Origin: an uncultured virus (IMG/VR IMGVR_UViG_3300045825_000547)
Lineage: Duplodnaviria; Heunggongvirae; Uroviricota; Caudoviricetes
Strand: one strand, 5' to 3'
IMG/VR virus record: IMGVR_UViG_3300045825_000547
DNA length: 64,000 nucleotides
In this document: positions 1-8,605 of the stretch, piece after piece
Numbering within the stretch: the first letter of the stretch is position 1
How the letters are laid out: every line of letters starts with the position of its first letter
Translations under genes and position numbers: made by a program
The notes under the pieces: model-generated
What the model was told of the DNA's origin: nothing
Databases searched by the model: none
Seen by the model: the letters and a program-made list of their open reading frames with translations, nothing else

Positions 1-2
1 GA

Positions 3-325
3 AATGGGACGCACCATGATGGAATAGACCTGGATGCGCATGTAGGCACGCCGGTATTTGCCGCCAAAGCTGGCAGGGTTGTTACAGCAAGTTGGGAGGG
101 AGGGTACTGGTACTCCGTAGTGATAAACCACGGAGATGGATCTTTACAAGATATGCACATAATAGCGCTTTGCGTGTTAGGGTTGGCGAACAAGTGGCAC
201 AGGGACAACAGATTTCTTTTGCAGGAAAAAGTGGTCATAGCTTTGGTGCGCATCTCCATTTTGAGGTTAGGATTGGGAGCGCATATGGGCAAGTGCGCAA
301 CCCACGAGATTTTATAACATTTTAG
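3..325 (+). pseudogene. M23-family peptidoglycan endopeptidase, C-terminal part (5' end outside window), with an apparent 1-bp frameshift near 138-140
   Basis: Frame starting at 3 reads HDGIDLDAHVGTPVFAAKAGRVV...VVINHGDG (HxxxD Zn motif); the domain continues in another frame as IFTRYAHNS...VAQGQQI...GAHLHFEV (HxH motif). Either decay or a sequencing indel. Confidence 0.75.
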
Positions 326-340
326 GAGTTTATACGTACC

Positions 341-958
341 ATGAAAATACTTTGTTTTGATACAGAAACTACAGGGCTAATAAAAAAGCCACAAGGGAAG
401 TGGGGGAAAGACCCTTCTTTTATGCAATCCGAATGTTGGCCACATGTGGTAGAGATTGCGTGGATTCTAGCAGACGATGATAGAAAGACCGTGTTGGAAA
501 GTAGCTATATTATTTCCCCAGATAATTGGGAAATCCCTCAAGAAGCTTCAGACATTCACTCCATCACCACAGATTTTGCTACGGCTAATGGTATTGATTT
601 TAATATTGCTATAGATGAGTTTATGCAAGTTCTCCACACCGCCGATATAATCGTAGGACATAATGTAGAGTTTGATACCAAAGTGGTATGTGCGGAGCTA
701 TATAGATTTAAAAGAATGGACGACATTCCTGCATTAAAGACTAAGAACAATATATGCACAAAGAACGTGAGTACGAACTACTGCAAGATCCCCGCACCGT
801 GGGGAGGAAATAACTACAAGTGGCCCACATTAAGTGAGCTATATAGAAAGCTTTTTACCAAGGAAATTGAGAATGCACATAGAGCCATGAGTGATGTGAA
901 GGCAACACTAGAATGTTTCTATGAGCTGGAAAAAAGAGGGGTGATTCATCTTGTTTAA
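341..958 (+). CDS. DEDDh 3'-5' exonuclease (DnaQ/Pol III epsilon-like)
   Basis: ExoI FDTETTG, ExoII GHNVEFD, ExoIII AHRAMSDV; SD aggag upstream. Confidence 0.92.
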   Translation: MKILCFDTETTGLIKKPQGKWGKDPSFMQSECWPHVVEIAWILADDDRKTVLESSYIISPDNWEIPQEASDIHSITTDFATANGIDFNIAIDEFMQVLHTADIIVGHNVEFDTKVVCAELYRFKRMDDIPALKTKNNICTKNVSTNYCKIPAPWGGNNYKWPTLSELYRKLFTKEIENAHRAMSDVKATLECFYELEKRGVIHLV

Positions 959-1457
959 CACTGAAATCGAACATTCCAGCGGCACTATGCCGCATCAGCC
1001 TCATAGGTTTGTGACTATCCTGACGGATGGTGCGAGTAAAGGCAACACTCTGGGCAGTCCTGCATCCATAGGGGTGATCATAAAGAATGAGCATGGAGAT
1101 GTGATTGATAAGTGGTCCCAACTCCTCCCGCATACTGATGCTATTCACGCGGAGTACACAGCCCTTCTCACTGGGTTGAAGCGAGCTAAGGAAATCCACG
1201 GTGCTACTCACGTAGTTGCACTAGCAGATAGCCTCAATATGGTAAGGCATATTAATAAATTACCCAACGAGTACTACAAGAACCCTCCGCCGTCTATAGT
1301 TACTCTCCATAACCAGATAACCGCAGAGGCTCATGGCTTAGAAGATTTCCATTTAGCCCATGTGTTTAGGGAATACAACACGGAAGCTGACAGTGCAGCC
1401 AACGAAGCGTTTAGGGAAAGTAAGATTATGCAGCAGTATGATGACGCGATGGCTTAA
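951..1457 (+). CDS. Ribonuclease HI-like protein
   Basis: TDGASKGN, AEYTALLTGL, ADS, HVFREYNTEADSAAN match RNase HI catalytic motifs; start uncertain. Confidence 0.85.
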   Translation: MFNTEIEHSSGTMPHQPHRFVTILTDGASKGNTLGSPASIGVIIKNEHGDVIDKWSQLLPHTDAIHAEYTALLTGLKRAKEIHGATHVVALADSLNMVRHINKLPNEYYKNPPPSIVTLHNQITAEAHGLEDFHLAHVFREYNTEADSAANEAFRESKIMQQYDDAMA

Positions 1458-1471
1458 CGGAGGACCGTAAA

Positions 1472-2248
1472 GTGAATAGAAGATTATATATTTATACCAA
1501 TAAAAGTGCCAGTATTTATTTAACAAAAGAAGCACTTTCTATAGAGACTCTTAATAATATAGGTACGAAGTTAAAAGACAAGACTGTAAAATTCACAAGC
1601 TTCCTCCGAGATATTCCTGGGGTTAATGCTGGAGCGTTTACAGATAAAAGACCTGGAGGACTTCTCCCTGCTAGTAAAACACTATCTCCCTCAGCTAACC
1701 AAGCTCTGAATGTTCCTGCGGGCGGTGTTATAAATAAAAACAGAGGACTAATCCCTTCTTTATTTGAAACCCTCTCCACTTCTAGAGCAAATAGGAGAGC
1801 AGCTAAATCCAGGCTAACGGGAGATACACATAGAACTATGAATAATATCACCCAACTCCATGAACATTTTGAGACACAGGCAAAACAGAATAACGCATAT
1901 ACTAGGTTCCAAGGGCCAGGTGTTGACCATAATAGTCCATCGGTAGTTCTTAGGGAAAATAACGCAGTCCGATCTCTCCCCGATAGTGCCGCACCAGCCA
2001 AACACTTTTTCACAGATCTTAGGAATAAAGCAGAGAATCCTTACCTAAATAATTTAATGAAGGCTCCGGTATCTAATATGCGTTTATCACGTCACGCTAT
2101 CAAAAGAGTGGAACAGGCGCACGAGGTTGCTGGGTTTAAACATGGTGTAATGAATAATCACTTAGCTCAATATATGGACGAAGGGCAATCTTCTACTCAC
2201 GGAATTTCCCCTACACCAGTTGCTAAATCCCCTTGGTACAGAAGCTAA
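1472..2248 (+). CDS. Putative virion/internal head protein (KxA-leader family)
   Basis: SD ggagg; N-terminus MNRRLYIYTNKSAS resembles leaders of other KxA proteins. Confidence 0.5.
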   Translation: MNRRLYIYTNKSASIYLTKEALSIETLNNIGTKLKDKTVKFTSFLRDIPGVNAGAFTDKRPGGLLPASKTLSPSANQALNVPAGGVINKNRGLIPSLFETLSTSRANRRAAKSRLTGDTHRTMNNITQLHEHFETQAKQNNAYTRFQGPGVDHNSPSVVLRENNAVRSLPDSAAPAKHFFTDLRNKAENPYLNNLMKAPVSNMRLSRHAIKRVEQAHEVAGFKHGVMNNHLAQYMDEGQSSTHGISPTPVAKSPWYRS

Positions 2249-2281
2249 AAAACAACCACCCCGTAATGATGGTTGTTTTTT
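2241..2281. terminator. Bidirectional intrinsic terminator at convergent genes
   Basis: aaaaaacaacca / tggttgtttttt stem flanked by A/T runs; minus-strand tail TTTTTTAGCTTC. Confidence 0.8.
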
Positions 2282-2295
2282 GTTAATGATTGGTG

Positions 2296-2568
2296 TTAAT
2301 ACGCCCAGGTCTCCCTAAGAGACTCACAATGTTCTGCCAGTTGCATACTTAACGGTTCTGCCTGTGCAATATCCTGAAGAGAGTACACATAAGTTTTTTG
2401 CACGTAGCAATTAAGTTTTTCCGGACAGTCTTTATCCTCTACAGGGAAAGGAAGATCAGAGTCCACGCGATCTAAGTGGTCTTCACCCCGTCTACACATG
2501 ATCTGTGGGTACGGACCAAATCCTATATCACACAAGTACCAAACGTCTTGAGCCATTTCAATGGTCAT
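2296..2568 (-). CDS. Hypothetical protein, WY...AExL paralog family
   Basis: AQDVWYL ... MQLAEHCE; SD aaggag. Confidence 0.7.
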   Translation of the reverse strand: MTIEMAQDVWYLCDIGFGPYPQIMCRRGEDHLDRVDSDLPFPVEDKDCPEKLNCYVQKTYVYSLQDIAQAEPLSMQLAEHCESLRETWAY

Positions 2569-2598
2569 TTTTGTATTTTCTCCTTTGAATAACTAGCA

Positions 2599-2895
2599 CT
2601 AAGTGCTCTCACATAAAACGGAATATTTGTTGGTTTTTGCTTGCTCTATCTCTACGCATTTTTCTGCCTGAGCTTGACTAGCTACACTGACATATACTGT
2701 ACAAAATAAGCCTACGCGCTCCTTAGAATACTTTGGTTGCCCGTCATACCATTCTAGCGTAACTTGTTTAAATTCAACAGAGCCTCGTTCTTGTGCGAGG
2801 AACATGATAAAGCTTTCATTACCTTTCCCTCGCCCCATTTGATACCAAACGCCTGGTAACAATTTTTGTATGGACAGCAATTCAACTTCGTACAT
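2599..2895 (-). CDS. Hypothetical protein, WY...AExL paralog family
   Basis: LPGVWYQ ... QAQAEKC; overlapping operon. Confidence 0.7.
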   Translation of the reverse strand: MYEVELLSIQKLLPGVWYQMGRGKGNESFIMFLAQERGSVEFKQVTLEWYDGQPKYSKERVGLFCTVYVSVASQAQAEKCVEIEQAKTNKYSVLCEST

Positions 2896-3313
2896 ATTCC
2901 CCCCTTTCTTTCACTTTATCTAAATGAAGGGTAATTAGTTTCTTTAATTTTCGTTCCTCTGTTGGTGTAAGCGCTATGTCGGCCCTCTGCTTAGCGGCAG
3001 CAACGGTTGTTTGCAAAAACTCGGATAGCTTTTGATCACACGGAAGGGGGGAGGGCGCATCTATCGGGAGAACAAGTAGTCGTTGAATGTTCCACCACAT
3101 TCCGCACCACTTTGCTTGTCCATACTTTTGAGAGTCTAGTACTGGTCCTAGACAGACTGTTCCTACAAAAGACTGCCCCGATAGTTTCCGCTGCTTGAGC
3201 ATTCTATCCATTTTCATAAACATACCGAAAGAGTCTTTTTTGCAGTAGTAGTTCGGTAGGTAGTACCACAGGTTAGGGAGATATTGCGGTCGTGGTGCTT
3301 TCTTAGTTTTCAT
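2882..3313 (-). CDS. Hypothetical protein, WY paralog family
   Basis: LPNLWYYL; ATGA overlap with upstream gene. Confidence 0.7.
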   Translation of the reverse strand: MKTKKAPRPQYLPNLWYYLPNYYCKKDSFGMFMKMDRMLKQRKLSGQSFVGTVCLGPVLDSQKYGQAKWCGMWWNIQRLLVLPIDAPSPLPCDQKLSEFLQTTVAAAKQRADIALTPTEERKLKKLITLHLDKVKERGEYVRS

Positions 3314-3717
3314 GATCTCTCTCCTCTCTTATTTCGTATATCAACGCATATATTGTTAAAAAGATCCAGAGTCTCAACCAACCTAATGGATGAAAGGTCT
3401 ATAGCTCCTCTAGAATGTAGGTCCACAAATGAATCTAGGAGGATAGCTATTTGCATCGGTACAGGGAAAGTTCCGGTAGTACCTGTGTAATGTATAGTAT
3501 GCTCTCCCAAAACTTTTGGACATATTTCCCAAGAAATGCATTGATTTGTTACTGAGTTGTACCAAGCATTAATGGTTGCGTAATCAGCCTTTGTATGCTT
3601 AATAGTGAACTCGTTAGTGCGTTTTCTACTGGTAGGAGGAGATAGGTATTTAATAAAGTACCCACTTCGTAGCAAATACCACACATCAGTGGCAAAATAT
3701 TTATTTTCTTTTGCCAT
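3310..3717 (-). CDS. Hypothetical protein, WY paralog family
   Basis: ATDVWYLL ... PMQIAILL. Confidence 0.7.
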   Translation of the reverse strand: MAKENKYFATDVWYLLRSGYFIKYLSPPTSRKRTNEFTIKHTKADYATINAWYNSVTNQCISWEICPKVLGEHTIHYTGTTGTFPVPMQIAILLDSFVDLHSRGAIDLSSIRLVETLDLFNNICVDIRNKRGERS

Positions 3718-4078
3718 ATTTCTTCTCCAAGTTGTCTAAGCTATATACTGCATCCATCCCATCTTGATACCTAACAGTTTTGCTTTTGTCGGGTGGAAGG
3801 AGGTTTTCTAGTAGCTCCGCATCCCCATCAGCTATTAAACGGATAGGGTCGCATCTCCCTTTTAGCTCCAGGCAATAACAACTATTCCACCTGTGAGGTG
3901 TGTCCCCCATATCATAAATCTCTCCAGAAATTAGATACGCCCCTGCAGCATGGTACCAAATATCACCTCTTCGATCAAAGGTGGTAGGAGGATAAACCCA
4001 TTTGACAAAATTGTAACCACCGATATAATACCAAACATTTGTCTGCATTACTATTCCATCTTTATGTCGATTCTTCAT
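3701..4078 (-). CDS. Hypothetical protein, WY...AExL paralog family
   Basis: QTNVWYYI ... GDAELLE. Confidence 0.7.
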   Translation of the reverse strand: MKNRHKDGIVMQTNVWYYIGGYNFVKWVYPPTTFDRRGDIWYHAAGAYLISGEIYDMGDTPHRWNSCYCLELKGRCDPIRLIADGDAELLENLLPPDKSKTVRYQDGMDAVYSLDNLEKKYGKRK

Positions 4079-4367
4079 AATATTTTAAATTCCCCCTACC
4101 AACACATTGGTCTATTAATATACTTAATCTTTCTGCTAGTTGTATTTCTACCGGTGCTTTATACAAGAGATGTTTCTGCACCTGATACAGCGGAGGCAGT
4201 TTAACAACTAGTAAATCGCGTTTGTCTGAAGATAAACTACAAAGTGTGCACCACGTACCGCCGCTATACCTCGCATAGTAGGGCCGCTCTCCTGACCACC
4301 ACTCTGTCCCAGGTTCTTCCCATAGACCTGAGTACCAAACGTCTTGTGCTAGTTGAGGTTTATACAT
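4062..4367 (-). CDS. Hypothetical protein, WY...AExL paralog family (first gene after phage promoter)
   Basis: AQDVWYS ... IQLAERL; SD aaggaggag. Confidence 0.75.
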   Translation of the reverse strand: MYKPQLAQDVWYSGLWEEPGTEWWSGERPYYARYSGGTWCTLCSLSSDKRDLLVVKLPPLYQVQKHLLYKAPVEIQLAERLSILIDQCVGRGNLKYYEEST

Positions 4368-4420
4368 TTTAGCTCCTCCTTATATAATAAATAAAAATAA
4401 AAAGTCAGTCTTTCACTTCA

Positions 4421-4450
4421 CTTATGCCAACAAATTGTTGTGTATTAACC
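4421..4450 (-). promoter_or_regulatory. Putative phage-specific promoter, copy 1
   Basis: Minus strand GGTTAAT-N13-TTGGCATAAG, ~55 bp upstream of the 4367 start. Confidence 0.75.
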
Positions 4451-4805
4451 CGCAATTGTAAAGCACTGTAACAACTATTTTGTATCTTGTATCACTAAAA
4501 ATAATAGGAATATAGTTGGAACCTTCTGGATATGTAGGAATCTTTATTCTAGAGAGTTTGCTCCTACTAAAATAGTTGTTACAGTGCTTTACAATTAACT
4601 CAAATGTAGATATAGTAAGGAACATCTAAATTCACAACAGGGCTCTAATTCAATGGATTGTCTTATAGAGGGTAGTTGCCTTTATATATAGATATCTTGT
4701 TGCTTGAAAAAGAAAAACAAGAAAACGAAACCAATAAATCCCCCAATTCCTTTTAATGGTTTTTCAGTTCATCGTTGGGCTTTTCTTGTTTAGTTTTTTA
4801 TGTTA
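4421..4805. repeat. ~380-bp intergenic element, copy A, with perfect 28-bp inverted repeat (4454-4481 / 4569-4596)
   Basis: Near-identical to 33953-34318; arms aattgtaaagcactgtaacaactatttt / aaaatagttgttacagtgctttacaatt. Confidence 0.95.
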
Positions 4806-4836
4806 ATGTTTTGGTATATTTTCCAAGGAGGGAACT

Positions 4837-5589
4837 ATGGAAACTGAAAACAAAAAAGGAATGGGTTGGGTAAAACAAGCTCACGATTCTAGAGATATTA
4901 AATACGCATACTCAAACAAAAGGTTTAAAAAGAAAATAGATCTTCGTTGTTATGATCCTGCTATCTACAACCAAAATCAACTTGGTTCGTGTAGTGCGCA
5001 CGCCTTTTCTGCTGCCATTGAGTCTACCCAAAACAGGAACGCTACATCTGCGCATATAGCTCCGTCTAGGTTGTTTATGTATTATGTGAGTAGAAAACTA
5101 GAAGGAACGATTAATGAGGATGCTGGTGCGATCTTACGTGATGTTTGTAAAGCTATTAATATTAACGGGTTCGTTGCGGAAAAAGATTATCCATATATAG
5201 AGAAGAAATTTGCTAAAGATCCAGGGATAGATGTATGTAGATTGGCTCAAATGAAGAACATAAAATACCACGCAGTTGATCAGAATCTTACTGCTATGTT
5301 CCATTGCTTGTCTTCCGGAAAACCTATTGTAATTGGTTTCTCTGTATACAGCAATATAGATAAAGTTGGGAAAGATGGTGTTCTTTCTATGCCTGATACT
5401 ACAAAAGATACTTTTAATGGTGGGCATGCTGTGTTAGTTGTTGGGTACGATCAAGACAAAAAGCATTTCATCGTGCGAAATTCTTGGGGTACCGACTGGG
5501 GGGATAAGGGGTATTTCTATATGCCTTTTGATTACTTACTAAACCCGAGCTTAGCTGCAGATTTTTGGACAGTTGATTTAACTGAATAG
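4837..5589 (+). CDS. Papain-like (C1A) cysteine peptidase
   Basis: [11 protein letters not shown] (catalytic Cys), [10 protein letters not shown] (His), [14 protein letters not shown] (Asn). Confidence 0.92.
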   Translation: METENKKGMGWVKQAHDSRDIKYAYSNKRFKKKIDLRCYDPAIYNQNQLGSCSAHAFSAAIESTQNRNATSAHIAPSRLFMYYVSRKLEGTINEDAGAILRDVCKAININGFVAEKDYPYIEKKFAKDPGIDVCRLAQMKNIKYHAVDQNLTAMFHCLSSGKPIVIGFSVYSNIDKVGKDGVLSMPDTTKDTFNGGHAVLVVGYDQDKKHFIVRNSWGTDWGDKGYFYMPFDYLLNPSLAADFWTVDLTE

Positions 5590-5597
5590 GGGGAACT

Positions 5598-6167
5598 ATG
5601 ACAACAGATAATAGCAAGGAATCTAAAAAACCTACAGTGGATGAGATATTATCTCAGTTTTTGTATTCTATTGATGATCCCCCACTAGCGGGTGCGGGGA
5701 GTATTCCAATAATAGGGGACGGTCGTTTGCTAATCACACTTGATCCCAAGCTTTCAGACGAAGCAATATCAACTTTCATTAATATTATTAATAGGATTTG
5801 TTTAACTAAAGAAGAGCAGCAGCATTTCCAAGAGTCTCTTCTGTATGCCGAGAACTTTTCTGAAGCAGATAGGGTGGAGATGGATTTAACCTGTAGGGCT
5901 ATTCATTTGATCCAGGGCGGTTTAGCTCTTTCGCCTACGCAGTCTTACTCACACGAACAGACTTGGGTTTTTATAGATGAGGAAAAGGGTGGAGGGGCGA
6001 TTCAGTGTATTCATTCTTACAGCCTGCACACATCTGTAGATATTAAAACCTGTGCCACATATTTTGATATTGAGGTTGTTCGTCCGACTGTGTGGAGAGC
6101 GGAAGTAAAACTTGTTAAAGACTTGTTCCGTTTTATAAACCCTATTATGGAGATTACCTATAAATAA
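5598..6167 (+). CDS. Hypothetical protein
   Basis: 189-aa ORF with SD, follows the peptidase gene. Confidence 0.65.
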   Translation: MTTDNSKESKKPTVDEILSQFLYSIDDPPLAGAGSIPIIGDGRLLITLDPKLSDEAISTFINIINRICLTKEEQQHFQESLLYAENFSEADRVEMDLTCRAIHLIQGGLALSPTQSYSHEQTWVFIDEEKGGGAIQCIHSYSLHTSVDIKTCATYFDIEVVRPTVWRAEVKLVKDLFRFINPIMEITYK

Positions 6168-6261
6168 ACAAAACCCCCACTCTCGTCTTGGGGGAGAGAA
6201 TGGGGTCTTCGTGGAGTGTTTCATCTACGAAATAAGAAAGGGCTATGCTTATTCTACATCA

Positions 6262-6456
6262 CTACTCTTTGTTTGTCAATCCTTTCACTGCTTGTACCAC
6301 TTTATATATACTTGAGTCCGCCGCCTGCTTATTAAACTGGCTAAGAACAAACCAAAGTTCGCTATCCTCTCCATACTTGGATAACTGGATAGCTTCTACA
6401 ACTCTGATTCTTTTCTCTCTCGCAAGTGCTCTTTCTGTGATTGATCTGGTTGCCAC
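6262..6456 (-). CDS. Small hypothetical protein
   Basis: Follows the amidase gene; SD agga. Confidence 0.45.
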   Translation of the reverse strand: MATRSITERALAREKRIRVVEAIQLSKYGEDSELWFVLSQFNKQAADSSIYKVVQAVKGLTNKE

Positions 6457-6465
6457 AACTTTTTC

Positions 6466-7131
6466 CTATTTTATGATAGGGAGATACCTAAATTGGGTCT
6501 TCCCTTGTTTAAGTAAATCAAAATGCTCTTGTGCTCTTTTCACTAACACCGGAAGCAAGGTGTCGATATCCACTCTATCCGGGTAGTATCCATCTTTTCT
6601 AGCAAAAGTTGCGTGATCTGCTATAGTTGGGAACGCTACGTCTCTCCCTGTATTGGCCATTGAGTCTGATGATCTTGTGTACTTTTTCTCTGGAAGCAGA
6701 ATTGTTCCTCTAGGGTCTATCCCTTTCCATGCACACACTTCTGCAGTGAGGATAACACCGGCATCAACCATAACAGGTGTAGGTTTGTTCTCAGCATTAG
6801 TAGACAGAGCACAAAAACTAAAACCAATTGCACCTGTATTCCTTTGCCAAAGGTGCTGCCCCTTTTCACTAAACTGAAGAGTTTTAAACGCCACCGCTTT
6901 AGTTTTAGTCACATCCACACTTATGTTGAAATGATAATCATCATATAGCGAGGCGTCTGTTCCAGCAGTCCAGTGCCATACTATGTGAAATTTCCCACTA
7001 GCAGATGTGTTGCCCTCATCCTTCTGTTTGTTAACAGAGTTAAGTACATACACTTTATTCCCTATAGTAACAGTTCCCCCACTGTTAGTAGTGATATCCT
7101 TCATCAAGGGTTGGTTTATTGGTTCAGCCAT
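6466..7131 (-). CDS. N-acetylmuramoyl-L-alanine amidase-like protein (Amidase_2-type, possible endolysin)
   Basis: HIVWHWTAG, DYHFNI, HLWQRNTGAIG and a late DH...D resemble the type-2 amidase Zn-site layout. Confidence 0.7.
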   Translation of the reverse strand: MAEPINQPLMKDITTNSGGTVTIGNKVYVLNSVNKQKDEGNTSASGKFHIVWHWTAGTDASLYDDYHFNISVDVTKTKAVAFKTLQFSEKGQHLWQRNTGAIGFSFCALSTNAENKPTPVMVDAGVILTAEVCAWKGIDPRGTILLPEKKYTRSSDSMANTGRDVAFPTIADHATFARKDGYYPDRVDIDTLLPVLVKRAQEHFDLLKQGKTQFRYLPIIK

Positions 7132-7136
7132 GATCT

Positions 7137-7646
7137 TTATTCCTTTAGCGGTTCTTCCGCTTGCTCAGCTACTGGTTCTTGTATTGCATACTTCCCAGTT
7201 CCACTATAATACTCACTCATCTCTATAATTATGCAGAGAACCGATATGTTAGATATAGAAAATTGTTCAGGACTTCCTCCCTCACCCAAGCCTAACATTA
7301 GATCGTGGAGCGCTTCCCACATTACACCTTGTGCAGCAGGCATACCTAATGGGTTAGAATAATTCCTCACACTTATCACAACTCTACCATTACTAACAGA
7401 TGCTGTGAATGGTATAAATGGTGAGCCATTTTCCTTATTAATTACTTGGAATAGTTCTGTTAGTTTTTTTACACTACCTTCTAGCGCTTCCCCTACTCTT
7501 TCTCTTACACTGTTAGCCCATAGTCTCACTTTTGGGGTAAGCTCCTCACTTCTTAATGCTTGTTCTTCTGTCTCAAATAACTTACCAGATACTGAACATG
7601 TGAACATAGTTTTTGGTATAGGCATGGGTTTCTCCTCTTGCCACAA
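7137..7646 (-). CDS. Hypothetical protein
   Basis: ORF in operon with the amidase; start uncertain. Confidence 0.55.
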   Translation of the reverse strand: MWQEEKPMPIPKTMFTCSVSGKLFETEEQALRSEELTPKVRLWANSVRERVGEALEGSVKKLTELFQVINKENGSPFIPFTASVSNGRVVISVRNYSNPLGMPAAQGVMWEALHDLMLGLGEGGSPEQFSISNISVLCIIIEMSEYYSGTGKYAIQEPVAEQAEEPLKE

Positions 7647-7699
7647 ATCGCTTTCTCTGTCATAATAACCTATGATTTAGGTATTGACAAGGAAGGCGC

Positions 7700-8605
7700 A
7701 TGAAAGAAAAGAATATACTCGGATTTGGGTCTTTTGGGGTTGAGGTGGCAGAACTTCAAAGACGACTATCACAACTATCTTTCCCTGTAGCTATTACCGG
7801 AATCTATGATGAGAAAACTGAAGCCGCAGTAAGAGAGTTCCAACAAGCCCATTTTTGTAATGGCGCTATCTCTCCACTTTCTTGGGAACTTATCCAAAAA
7901 GAATCTGATAAAAAGATATCAGGATCTATCGCTACGAATACCGGTGAGTGGGAAGAGTACGAAGCTATAGACCTTAATACCAATGTGAATGTGTATTCAG
8001 GGCCTATCAAGCCACTCCCCTACGCACCAGAAAATGCGTTTAGTCGTAGAGGGTGGACACCAGACACAATAATCTTAGGCTACACTGGGACAGTAGATTC
8101 CTCACATACTTTCAACCTTCTCCAAGTGCGAGGAATCCTTGCAACCCATTTCTTAGTTAACGAAGAGGACACCAATTGCATTATTCCTGTAGGAGAAGCG
8201 TGTGGGTTAGGTGATATAGCAAAAGATAAGACAGACCTCACACTACCATACAGAGCTATAGTAGTTTTATTTGAGAACATGGGGCCATTAGTAGGCACTA
8301 AAGAGAAAGGATACTCCCACGCATTAATCACCGAAGTGAAATACAGAACAGATGTGTACGGTGAGCCGTTTCCTCATGAAGACTTAGAAGATGGAAGTGC
8401 CTACAGACACTGGAGTCATTTCTCTTCAAGCCAAATTTTGGCAGCAAAGGCTTTGTGCTACCACCTGATTAAGGAATTCCCTATAAGAAACATTGTAGGG
8501 TTCAATGAGATTTCTTCTATAAGCCAGAGTCCTGGCCCTGCTTTCCCGATTCAAGAGTTCAAAGACATATTAACATTAATAAAAAAGGATAAAGAAAATG
8601 AGTAA
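7700..8605 (+). CDS. Peptidoglycan-binding domain + degenerate amidase-2-like domain
   Basis: N-term GSFGVEVAELQRRL...GIYDEKTEAAVREFQ (PG_binding_1); C-term IILGYTG, ATHFLV, Q...AKALC..L...P, IVGFNEIS...SPGPAFP follows the amidase layout but lacks the His/His/Asp ligands. Confidence 0.7.
   Translation: MKEKNILGFGSFGVEVAELQRRLSQLSFPVAITGIYDEKTEAAVREFQQAHFCNGAISPLSWELIQKESDKKISGSIATNTGEWEEYEAIDLNTNVNVYSGPIKPLPYAPENAFSRRGWTPDTIILGYTGTVDSSHTFNLLQVRGILATHFLVNEEDTNCIIPVGEACGLGDIAKDKTDLTLPYRAIVVLFENMGPLVGTKEKGYSHALITEVKYRTDVYGEPFPHEDLEDGSAYRHWSHFSSSQILAAKALCYHLIKEFPIRNIVGFNEISSISQSPGPAFPIQEFKDILTLIKKDKENE

Noticed and set aside
4421..4430. TTGGCAT as a sigma54 -24 box
   Set aside because: None of the seven copies has TTGC at the -12 position; the second conserved box is upstream instead.
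4454..4596. 28-bp inverted repeat as MITE/IS ends
   Set aside because: Identity between the two copies extends well beyond both arms, with no target-site duplication and no transposase in the window.
4422..4625. 67-aa minus-strand ORF in the repeat
   Set aside because: No SD, it spans the palindrome, and copy B has an in-frame TAG in the variable loop.
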